Assembly (NCBI GenBank): GCA_030770535.1
Contig: JASVEC010000002.1
Coordinates: forward strand, 124,001-188,000
DNA length: 64,000 nucleotides
From: Batkoa obscura
Lineage: Eukaryota
Reading direction: 5' to 3'
A model generated the notes under the pieces. It did no database searches. It saw only the letters and a list, made by a program, of their open reading frames with translations, and had not been told where the DNA came from. Position numbers and translations under genes: made by a program. Of the stretch, positions 53,179 through 64,000 are shown one piece after another (position 1 is the stretch's first letter; each line of letters starts with the position of its first letter).

Positions 53179-53917
53179 TCAAGAGAAAGAGGGAGCAAAT
53201 GGAGAGTTTTTTTTATTAATAAAGAGATATGAGTTAATTCTAATTGGTTTTTTTGAAGAAGCTGGTTATTTATAGTTTTGATATTTGAACTAGCTGTGAT
53301 TAAACTTTTTTATAGATGGCCTTTTAATAGTGTTATATAAACGTTCGAAGTTTCAATTTATTGCCTTAGTAGTATTTAGCTTATAATAAAACTTAAATAA
53401 CAAAATTAATTAGGGTTAGGTAATAATCGAAACTTAGTAAATCACGCTCTGTCATATAGTTGGTTTATTGTAAACTTTATATTTCTAGTCAGCAATAAAA
53501 TACTCTTCATTTTCATATTCTTGAGTATCTTTTTGATAAGACAAACTCAGAAACTTTTATATATCGCTTCCACCAATGCATCCTCTCTGCTTCACCTTAA
53601 CCTAATATCTCCTCCTACTTCTTCCCTCAGTACATAACTCCAACTATTGCTGGCATTTATACCTTAGAATTATGATTTAAGGGTTTTTGCTTACTTCTAT
53701 CCTCTATATATAACTAACTGCGTCTCAACATTCATCTTAATACCTTATTTTTTAAAAGACTTTTAACTCCATTTTCACATCTCTTTATTAAAATTAAGTT
53801 TTGTTTTAGAAACGCCAGAGGTTTAGATTTAAGTTGTACTTACAATTGTAAATATTATATAAATTTCAAATAATTTTAGATGAAATGGAAATACAAAAGC
53901 TTTATTTATTCTACATT

Positions 53918-55544
53918 GTGAATGTCTGAATTAGTTTATTTTATCCGGTTTTTAAATGTTTTGTATTCTAAATACTTCACTTAAAATTCTATAAAATCAC
54001 ATCTTTTATTAAAACAAAAGTACCCGGACATAGTTCTAAATCATTCTATTATAGTTCATACTGAAGTTAGTTGAATTTTTACTAGATCTTAAATACGCGT
54101 TCTTATAAAGCTTTATTGAGAAATATTTATTATCAACTGCTTTATAACCAACATTGTAGATTTATTATCAAATAAATAAACTATTTTAATGCTATAATTA
54201 CATTATTAATATATTGCCAAGTTAATAAATAGCTGCATGGGAGGGAGTGGTCAGCCCCAAAACTATAATTAACCATCCCTATATAGTACAAGTAATAATC
54301 ATTTTTACATATTATTACAATTACTTGTTCTTTGACCACTTATTAACTTAGCTATTAATAACTTAAGTAATCTTAACATTTAACAATCTATTTCTATCAT
54401 TCAACAAACTACTTACTTGCTTAGTAAATATCGAAATTTTTAAATTCTCTGTTATCTTCGTAAGGTAAGCTGAGATCGATCTTTTAATTTTTCTGTTTTC
54501 TATAGACTCTATAACTTTAATTGGGACTATATCGCTTTTTTTTGATGTATCAGATACTGGATAACAATGTAGTTTATTGTTATGTTTAATAAAGTGTAAA
54601 TACTTCTTAATGTCCTGCATCTCTATTATTCTTTTTGTATTTTTGTTTCTTTTATACTTTTTAAAAATTATATCTGTTTTCCCATTATTAACAGTCGAGT
54701 TATTAATTTTATTATGCTCACAAATAAAAGCCTCAAATCTTGAAATTAATTGATTGATATCTTCTATTTTACCTAACGCTTCAAAACTACTTTTCCATTT
54801 TGAAAGGTTTCCAAAATGTCCATCAACTATACTTTTTCCATGATGCTCAGCAAAAAAATTAAGATTAACATTCAAACTACTATTTATTTTATGAATTTCT
54901 TTAAACATATAGTGTAGAAACTCTTGGGATCTAAAATGATTTCTTGTATCTGCCCATATATTAATTTTTGTAAACTTTTTAAATAGAAGCTCTGTAGAGA
55001 TTAAATTGATTAAACAATCTCCTGCATATGCTGAATCATGATTCAATATTTCAGATAAATAATCAAAGTAAACTTTGCCTATTGTTTTATCATCTTTTAA
55101 GTATAATACACCAAAGCCTAATACTGATATAGCTTGTTTATTATAATGATCTAGATTTATTGAATCTGGTCTTGTCCCTATTTCCATATTTTGTTTAAAA
55201 TCTAAAATCATTATACAACTTTTGTTATTTAATTTTTTAATAGTTTCATTAAATGTGTTTTTTTGAGTATCAACACAGAATTTATGTAATTTGTATAATT
55301 TTTCTTCTTCGTTGAAAACTTCTTCTATCTCTGCTTTGTTTTTTGCTGTATTTATTTTATTTTCAAATAACTTTTTTCTAACTGTATACTGGGTACATAT
55401 ATTACATAGATCCGTTTTTCTTGCTGGATTTTTAAAATTACTTGCTATATATTTAAAAAACATTGACCTAGCTACTGCTTTATCTCTTAGATCATTCAAA
55501 TATTTACTATATATCATTCTTCTACTTTTGTTTGATATATATAT
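53918..55544 (-). mobile_element. Sola2-like copy C: 3' two-thirds only, inverted relative to copy D
   Basis: Decayed right TIR GTGAATGTCTGAATTAG at 53918; 384-aa ORF 54363-55517; ends in an (AT)5 tract abutting the left TIR of copy D. Confidence 0.9.
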
Positions 55545-57988
55545 GGGGCTGTCCTAATTGGTTTCAGAGTTTACTTAGAAATTAATCCAAATTTTAAATT
55601 TTTAAATTTGTGTCTAATGTGACGGTTAAATCTAAAAAGCCTAAAATTAAATCTCTCTACTTAAAACTTATTTTAATTGTTTCCTTTTCTTAAATAGCTA
55701 ACTTTACTAATTATATATTTTATATTAGTTCTGTTAGATATTTAACAGATATATAATATATAGCTATATGATTATATAATTATATAAATACAGTTATTTG
55801 ACTTTATTTTTTGTTGAAATAGAAATAAAAATAAAATGCAAACTTTCATAACTAAACTTCGAAATGGAATTTTTGAAAACTTCAATACAATAGGGAGGAG
55901 TACACAATATAAACATTGTAATTCATTTACATCAATTTTAAAAGCTACTTATAACAACCCAAGGTTTATGGAATTTTATAATAAAACAAAACAAAGAAAA
56001 GATATATTATCAAAGTTTACTATCGATAATAATAAACTTAATCAAGTAATGTATAAAATTAGTGCTTTAAGGGAAACAGGAAACAAAAATCAGCGAGTAG
56101 TGTTGTTATCAACTATAGCTTCAGTATATTATTTTGATAAATGTAAAAGTTTTGGGTTTAATATAAATAGAAATCAATATGATTATTCAAAAACAAGTAA
56201 TAATAATAAAATATTGACATTAAAACCTATTATTAAAAATACAAAAAAAATTAAAGGTAAGCAAACTGAAACTATTATACAATATTTACTAAATGATTCA
56301 ACTATTTCATCAAGACTTAATAAAAAAAATAATGATAGTAAATATTCATCAGATAATATATATATCAAACAAAAGTAGAAGAATGATATATAGTAAATAT
56401 TTGAATGATCTAAGAGATAAAGCAGTAGCTAGGTCAATGTTTTTTAAATATATAGCAAGTAATTTTAAAAATCCAGCAAGAAAAACGGATCTATGTAATA
56501 TATGTACCCAGTATACAGTTAGAAAAAAGTTATTTGAAAATAAAATAAATACAGCAAAAAACAAAGCAGAGATAGAAGAAGTTTTCAACGAAGAAGAAAA
56601 ATTATACAAATTACATAAATTCTGTGTTGATACTCAAAAAAACACATTTAATGAAACTATTAAAAAATTAAATAACAAAAGTTGTATAATGATTTTAGAT
56701 TTTAAACAAAATATGGAAATAGGGACAAGACCAGATTCAATAAATCTAGATCATTATAATAAACAAGCTATATCAGTATTAGGCTTTGGTGTATTATACT
56801 TAAAAGATGATAAAACAATAGGCAAAGTTTACTTTGATTATTTATCTGAAATATTGAATCATGATTCAGCATATGCAGGAGATTGTTTAATCAATTTAAT
56901 CTCTACAGAGCTTCTATTTAAAAAGTTTACAAAAATTAATATATGGGCAGATACAAGAAATCATTTTAGATCCCAAGAGTTTCTACACTATATGTTTAAA
57001 GAAATTCATAAAATAAATAGTAGTTTGAATGTTAATCTTAATTTTTTTGCTGAGCATCATGGAAAAAGTATAGTTGATGGACATTTTGGAAACCTTTCAA
57101 AATGGAAAAGTAGTTTTGAAGCGTTAGGTAAAATAGAAGATATCAATCAATTAATTTCAAGATTTGAGGCTTTTATTTGTGAGCATAATAAAATTAATAA
57201 CTCGACTGTTAATAATGGGAAAACAGATATAATTTTTAAAAAGTATAAAAGAAACAAAAATACAAAAAGAATAATAGAGATGCAGGACATTAAGAAGTAT
57301 TTACACTTTATTAAACATAACAATAAACTACATTGTTATCCAGTATCTGATACATCAAAAAAAAGCGATATAGTCCCAATTAAAGTTATAGAGTCTATAG
57401 AAAACAGAAAAATTAAAAGATCGATCTCAGCTTATCTTACGAAAACAACAGAGTATTTAAAAATTTTTCATATTTACTAAGCAAGTAAGTAGTTTGTTGA
57501 ATGATAGAAATAGATTGTTAAATGTTAAGATTACTTAAGTTATTAATAGCTAAGTTAATAAGTGGTCAAAGAACAAGTAACTGTAATAATATGTAAAAAT
57601 GATTATTACTTGTACTATATAGGGATGGTTAATTATAGTTTTGGGGCTAACCGCTCCTTCCTATGCAGCTATTTATTAACTTGGCAATATATTAATAATG
57701 TAATTGTAACATTAAAATAGTTTATTTATTTGATAATAAATCTACAATGTTGGTTATAAAGCAGTTGATAATAAATATTTCTCAATAAAGCTTTATAAGA
57801 ACGCGTATTTAAGATCTAGTAAAAATTCAGCTAACTTCAGTATGAACTATAATAGAATGATTTAAAACTGTGCTTGGGTACTTTTGTTTTAATAAAAGAT
57901 TTGATTTTATATAATTTTAAGCGAAGTTTTTAAAACATAAAATTTTTCAAAAATTGGATAAAATAATGAAACTAATTCAGACAACCCC
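55545..57988 (+). mobile_element. Sola2-like copy D, full length, both TIRs intact
   Basis: GGGGCTGTCCTAATTGG..CTAATTCAGACAACCCC, flanks ATAT/ATAT. Confidence 0.93.
55836..57538 (+). pseudogene. Frameshifted Sola2-like transposase
   Basis: (AT)6 to (AT)5 contraction at ~56356 splits it into ORFs 55836-56378 and 56293-57480; second frameshift near 57465; DTGNH changed to DTRNH. Confidence 0.9.
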
Positions 57989-57992
57989 ATAT

Positions 57993-58089
57993 GGGGAGGT
58001 TTTTTTTGGCTTCATCACTTTTTCCATCTTTTAAGCGCTATTTGAGTAGAAAAATCGTTAGTAAAACTCTTAAACAAAAATATATCCCC
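57993..58089 (+). mobile_element. MITE abutting the right TIR of copy D
   Basis: Junction CCCC-ATAT-GGGG; right flank ATTT. Confidence 0.9.
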
Positions 58090-58295
58090 ATTTAATTTAA
58101 ATTTTATTTTATTCTAACATATAAAATATAGCTATTTAAAACAATAATTTATATAATACTATTAATATTTGTATTATTTTTCATTTATTGTATATTTACC
58201 AAATATTTAAGTTCTAAGTTTAAAATTTTTAAAGAGCTGAAATTAGAAAATGAGATTACATAATTCCGTTAAAATTTTTTAATCAGTAATCAACA

Positions 58296-59529
58296 TTATA
58301 AACTTTTCATAAACTTAGAATATTCAATAGGCGTTTTTCCATCTATTTCACTATTAATAGTAGTAGTGTCGTCTTTATAGCTACCGTTTTCAACATTACT
58401 TAAATTAAATACATCGTTATTGTAATCTAAAATAGCTTATTAGTTGAATTTTACTATATAAATATTTTTTACCTGTTTTAGTTGGTTCAACTTGTTTTTT
58501 AAAAGCTCTTAAATATACTGTTTTAAGAGCATGTTGCACGGTTGGATCACAAAAGAAAGCTATGAAATTAAGAGCACCCAACAAACCACCTGTAATATTG
58601 GCAAAAATTGATAATTCAGAAGATTCAATGTCTGAAAGATCATATGCTGACTGGCTTAATACGATTCCAAGATTACCGATGACCATACTTATTGGATAAA
58701 GTAAGCTGAATGTAAAATTATGTTAGTTTATGTTTACAAAGTCCAAACTAGTCTTACGTTCTTGAAGCAAGTAGTCGAATATTTTTTATAATTTCAGTTG
58801 AATTGCTAGCATCCATTGCTACTTGGTGCCCTTTTATTAAACCGATCCCACGATATAACTTTACTACAACAATAATGACAATTGTCAACAAATAGGCCAT
58901 ACAAAGAAGCATTACTAAGTTGCTGGCATAAAACTCAAACATTTTAGCATAATGCTCATCTTCCGTTGCAATAAAACACTTATTAAATTTACTATAGCCA
59001 AGGGATCCGTTTGCTATATTAACATTGATTAGCACAAATTCTAAAAAAAAGCAATGTCATACCAAGTAAAGGAATGGTAATCAAAAGAGAAAGCAAAATA
59101 GAGCCAATCCAATACCCAGCTTCGATTTTCTTAGTTACGTTAATCCCATGAATAAATACTAATTGTAAATTAAGTCCAATAGCAACATTAAGAAAAGCAT
59201 AAAATATTGGGAAGGTCAATGATTGGAAAGCAATGAAAGTACATAAAGGGTTTCCTTCCTTATTATGTGCACGGGACCACAATGGAAAGGAATGTACCCA
59301 AATGTCGTAGCATGAAATAACGGTTTGTAGTCTAAGGGTTACTCTGTCCACCAATTTATGATCGTAAATTCCTATTAATTAAAATTAAAGAACTATATTA
59401 TGCTGATATTATTTTATTACTTAAAGTAAGCATAGTTACTACTACTATAGTTGCTAAAGCCAATGAGACCTTTGACATTTCTGGATAAACATATGTGTAC
59501 ACATATGTTGCGTAATCGGCTACGTTCAT
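58296..59529 (-). CDS. cAMP-receptor-like 7TM receptor, intact, 5 exons
   Basis: MNVADYATYVY.., DRVTLRLQ, LNFIAFFCDPTV; last exon ends SKFMKSL-stop; intron layout matches 5054-6291. Confidence 0.85.
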
Positions 59530-60306
59530 CTTAGTTTAGTAAATTATGATTTTCAGACAATATTTAAGCTATGTATGAAATGTTATGCTATATATATTAC
59601 CTTTGTATTTTTCTATCCCTTAAATCTTACATATGTATTTTATCTTGACATAAAATATCTATCTATTTGTTCCATAAAGCCTGATTTTAATAAATTTACA
59701 AAATAAAAAATGCACTATGAAATTTTTTGTCATGGGGTTTATTTTATATTTGATATATAGTTCCTCTAATCTATCTAAAATATAATTAAAGTATAGAATC
59801 TTTAATTAACAATAGTTAAAGTTTCTTAGCAAAACTGTATGTCTGCATTTGGTTATTTGATGGATTGTACAGAGATTCAACAATTTTATAAAATTTTATT
59901 TATACTACAATGGCTATTCAATAATTGCAACAATTTTATTTAACACAAAATATATCAAATTTCGGGAATAAGTATGCAAGTATTCTTCAGTTTTATCAAT
60001 ATAGTGTTTTATGTATTTTATATTAATAGGGTAAATACAAGAAGATATGGAACAATTATGTACTTAACTCTAATAACTAAGTATGACCTGTTTTTATGCG
60101 ACGCTATTAACCCATCTTACTATAGTAAAGTTATAGTATTTATTCCTTTTTGAGAATATTTACAAATTTGTGGCAGCAAATTTCTACTTTATTGTTTATT
60201 CTCTAACATAAAACCTAAGCTTCAACATGTATGGAAGGATTCAATAAAACAAGATATCAAAAATCAGATGACAGTTTTTTAATTTGGAAATTTTGAGTTT
60301 AGTACA

Positions 60307-60733
60307 CAGGATATCCCAATTGGTTTCAGAATTTAATTAAAAATTAATTTAACTCTAAGTTTTTGAATTTGTCTTAGTATATGGAGATGTATTTTTGTGT
60401 TTGAGAATTTCACTAACAAATTTTCCGCTCAAATGGCCCTTAAAAATAGAAAAAATAATGAAGTCAAAAAAAACATCCTCATATAATAAAATTAACAACT
60501 CAACTGTTAATAACAAGAAAACAGATATAAGTTCTAAAAAATACAAAAGAATCAAAAATATAAAAAAATAATAAAAATACAAAATACTAAAAAATACTTA
60601 TATTTTATTTAATGAATTATATTATTATCCAGCATTTAGTAGATTGAAAAGATGATATTATTATAATTGAAGTTATAAACTCTATAAAAAATTAAAAGAT
60701 TAAAAGATTAAAAGATTAAAAGATTAACCCCAA
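60307..60733 (+). mobile_element. Decayed, internally deleted Sola2-like derivative (divergent subfamily)
   Basis: Left end (CA)GGATATCCCAATTGGTTTCAGAATTT, then a MITE, then directly transposase 3' sequence (60483-60733 matches ~57185-57430). Confidence 0.75.
60383..60480 (-). mobile_element. MITE
   Basis: Reverse match to consensus, flanks ATAT/ATAT. Confidence 0.88.
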
Positions 60734-61196
60734 TATAAAATCTGGTACTCAGTGGTTGGGGTCAAAAGCAGTCTTTGCTTAGTTGATTATACTGTAAATT
60801 GAAAGGTCTTAGTTTATGTGACTAAGATAGACTTGGATTATGAAGAATGGCATATAATAGGCTACAGACTATGTAAAACAAATAGAATAGACAATACTAA
60901 TGTAAAAACTATGCAAAATACTATTAAGAAAACTTAGTGGCTTTATTACATATTCGAGATATCAGGGAATAATTCAGTTAAAAAACCACAAGCTACTATG
61001 TTCTAGAGTCTCTTTTATACTTCAACAAATAGATATCAAAACAGGGAGATAGTATTCTTTGGAATGAAGTTACACATTTTTATAGCAAATCAAAATAAAA
61101 GGATTGAGATTGATTGTGTCTGAACTCGAGAACATAACAATTTAAGTGATTATCATGTTATAATCAATCATAGAGCTGACAAAGCGATATTTCACA
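60734..61196 (-). mobile_element. Solo-LTR-like repeat, copy 5
   Basis: TATAAAATCTGGTAC..GCGATATTTCACA, reverse match to 4189-4633; flanks do not match each other. Confidence 0.85.
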
Positions 61197-61259
61197 GTTG
61201 ACAATAATGCTACTTGTTGTTTTTTATTTCCTGTTTCTGTTAGAGCATTAACTCTATAT

Positions 61260-61356
61260 GGGGATGTGTCTTTTTGTTTAAGAATTTTACTACAATCTTT
61301 CCACTCAAATAGCGCTTAAAAAATGGAAAAATAATGAAACTAAAAAAAACAACCCC
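61260..61356 (-). mobile_element. MITE
   Basis: GGGGATGT..ACAACCCC, TSD ATAT/ATAT. Confidence 0.92.
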
Positions 61357-61752
61357 ATATATTATTTGATTAATTTTATTATTATTGTTGATTTTTAATA
61401 ATTTCTTTTGTCTTGTTGTAAAATCTTATGAGCCTTGGGTTATTATAAATAATTACTAAAATTAATGTAAATGAATTATAATGTTTATATGATGTGTTTT
61501 TTTTATCATATTGAAATTTTAAAAATCCATTTAGAGTTTAGTTATAGAAGCTTGCACTTTGTTTTTATTTTAATAAAAAGTGAAGCCAAATAATTGTATA
61601 TTTATATATTATATATCTATCGAACATTTAATAAAAACAATATAAAACATACAATTAATTTCTTAATTATTTAAAATAAATAAACAATTAAAAAAAGTCT
61701 TTTAGATTAATTTTTATTTAATTCCAAACTTTTTGAATTTAACTGATTATAT

Positions 61753-61848
61753 GGTAATGTTTTTTTGGCTTCATTGTTTTTTATCTTTTATGGACTATTT
61801 GAACAGAAAATTTGTTAGTAGGATTCTTAAGTAAAAAAACACATTCCC
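61753..61848 (+). mobile_element. MITE, decayed
   Basis: Consensus match, TSD ATAT/ATAT. Confidence 0.85.
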
Positions 61849-62264
61849 ATATACTAAGGACAAATTTAAAAACTTAAAGTTGAATTAATTTTTAATTAAA
61901 TTCTGAAACCAATTGGGACATCCCCATATAGGCATTTGCTTAAAAAGGTTTATAAAGTGAGCCTTAATAAGAAATTTTCATTTAAAAGCAGAATCGAGTT
62001 TACCGCTTTATCTAAATACAGTTTACTATTTAGGTGATGTACCATGGAGTTTTAAATTTTCTACAAAACTATTGATAAAAGCAGCTGGTTTTTTCGCAAA
62101 GGAAAGCAAAAGTCTCAAAGACGACGTTGGATTAGTAGTAGTTATAAAATTAACACAAATGCCCAAAACGAGCATTTTGGTAAAAATTCTATAAGAAAAT
62201 AATAATTTTGAGTGGCCAAAAATATAACTGAATTTGATGTTTTTTATTATAAAATAGGCTTAAT

Positions 62265-63491
62265 TTAAAGGGTTTTAATAAAATTTTTATAATTTTTATC
62301 GAGTTCTTCTTTAGTCACCGTAGCAGTTGAATTAAAATCAGTTGTACCATTATTCATAGTAGCAAAACTAAGTTCTATAAAATCTAAAATAGTCAGATGA
62401 AAGTTTATCTTTGAATAGTAAAATACCTTTATCATTATCATATAGGCTCTTCCTAAATAAAGATCTATTGATATATCTTAAATATATCTTTCTAAATGCA
62501 GAATGGATGGTTGGATCACAGAAAAAGGCGATAAAGTTGAGGGTACCCAATAAACCACCTGTAATATTGGCAAAAATCGATAATTCAGAAGATTCAATGT
62601 CTGAAAGATCATATGCTGACTGACTTAATATGATTCCAAGATTACCAATGATCATGCCTAATGGATATAGTGAGCTAAAATAAAAGTTAGACTATATTTT
62701 AGATCGAAAAATTGTATACATTCTGAAACCCATAACTTTTACACTTCTAGTTGCTTCTACTGAAGCTCTTGCCCCACGAAACAATCTAAAATTCTGCACG
62801 ATTTCTGTTTGGCTATTTAGTTTTACTGTAACAACAATGACAATTGTCAACAAATAGGCCATACAAAGAAGCATTACTAAGTTGCTGGCATAAAACTCAA
62901 ACATTTTAGCATAATGCTCATCTTCCGTTGCAATAAAACACTTATTAAATTTACTATAGCCAAGGGATCCGTTTGCTATATTAACATTGATTAGCACAAA
63001 TTCTAAAAAAAAGCAATGTCATACCAAGTAAAGGAATGGTAATTAAAAGAGAAAGCAAAATAGAGCCAATCCAATACCCAGCTTCGATTTTCTTAGTTAC
63101 GTTAATCCCATGAATAAATACTAATTGTAAATTAAGTCCAATAGCAACATTAAGAAAAGCATAAAATATTGGGAAGGTCAATGATTGGAAAGCAATGAAA
63201 GTACATAAAGGGTTTCCTTCCTTATTATGTGCACGGGACCACAATGGAAAGGAATGTACCCAAATGTCGTAGCATGAAATAACGGTTTGTAGTCTAAGGG
63301 TTACTCTGTCCACCAATTTATGATCGTAAATTCCTATTAATTAAAATTAAAGAACTATATTATGCTGATATTATTTTATTACTTAAAGTAAGCATAGTTA
63401 CTACTACTATAGTTGCTAAAGCCAATGAGACCTTTGACATTTCTGGATAAACATATGTGTACACATATGTTGCGTAATCGGCTACGTTCAT
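62265..63491 (-). CDS. cAMP-receptor-like 7TM receptor, intact, 5 exons; tandem paralog of 58296-59529
   Basis: 5' half nearly identical to the paralog; LNFIAFFCDPTI; last exon ends KNFIKTL-stop. Confidence 0.85.
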
Positions 63492-64000
63492 CTTAGTTTA
63501 GTAAATTAGTTAAATAATTTATTATACATCGTAAATGATCAACACTATTTATATAAGTCATTTTTGATATTATACTTGTTTATGAGTAATATAAAAATAT
63601 TAATTTTACATTTCATTTTTATCAAGTTGTAGCCAACTTTGAAAATATGACCTTAAATTTAAATTATTTTATCCCTTGTTATATTTGAAATTTTTAATAT
63701 ATATGATTCAAATAATTTAAAAATAGAAATGATACTAAGTCGTTTGTGGTTTACATATTACTTTAATAGACCTAACATTTTATTGTTCCACAACGTAAAT
63801 ATCAGTAGAGATAAGCTTTCTATTGTTTTGGAAATACTAAATCTTTCATTTTCAATATAAACGGACTAGTACAATAAAAATAAAGTAGGCTAATAATAAT
63901 ATTTTAAGTGATTTTAAGTTAATATAATATTAAATGAGGCTACATTGAAAATAGATGCTATGGTTTCTCTATACTATATTTTAAGACATTAAATCGAAAT

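Larger units (their letters stand above)
61197..61925 (-). mobile_element. Decayed left portion of a Sola2-like element (divergent subfamily) containing two MITEs
   Basis: TIR TGAAACCAATTGGGACATCCCC-ATAT ending 61925; 61197-61570 matches transposase N-terminal sequence at 17037-17330. Confidence 0.8.

Noticed and set aside
56293..56400. Programmed frameshift in the transposase of copy D
   Set aside because: The 15.6-kb copy is one ORF with (AT)6; copy D has a simple microsatellite contraction plus a second frameshift.
60691..60727. (ATTAAAAG)n tandem repeat as a telomere-like seed
   Set aside because: Local slippage expansion of the transposase sequence ATTAAAAGAT.

Overview
Very AT-rich eukaryotic DNA with short GT-AG introns. 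Gene content (Zn2Cys6 factor, zygomycete-type P450s, expanded 7TM receptors) points to an early-diverging fungus; Entomophthorales/Conidiobolus-like is my inference. Ordinary genes: secreted M64 metallopeptidase, mitochondrial MCT1, two tandem P450s, SEC23, LSM3, a Zn2Cys6 factor, a 4CL-like acyl-CoA ligase and three tRNAs. Two distinct 7TM receptor families are expanded here: six tandem intronless rhodopsin/class-A-like genes (4 intact, 2 pseudogenes) and five intron-containing cAMP-receptor-like genes (3 intact, 2 pseudogenes). The window also holds a three-tier nested mobile system: (1) a 2465-bp Sola2-like DDD transposon with GGGG..CCCC ends and 4-bp AWWT target duplication, with one intact and five damaged copies; (2) 21 full-length copies of a ~97-bp MITE sharing its ends; (3) five ~455-bp solo-LTR-like repeats found only in or beside Sola2 sequence. 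Most striking: one Sola2 copy is split inside its transposase by a 3.4-kb block bounded by two direct LTR-like repeats that carries an intact, intron-containing host receptor gene. Also seen: a Sola2 self-insertion forming a 1.6-kb inverted duplication, and patchwork gene conversion that makes two receptors nearly identical except in the third intracellular loop and C-tail. All alignments and coordinates were read by eye; no database searches were run.
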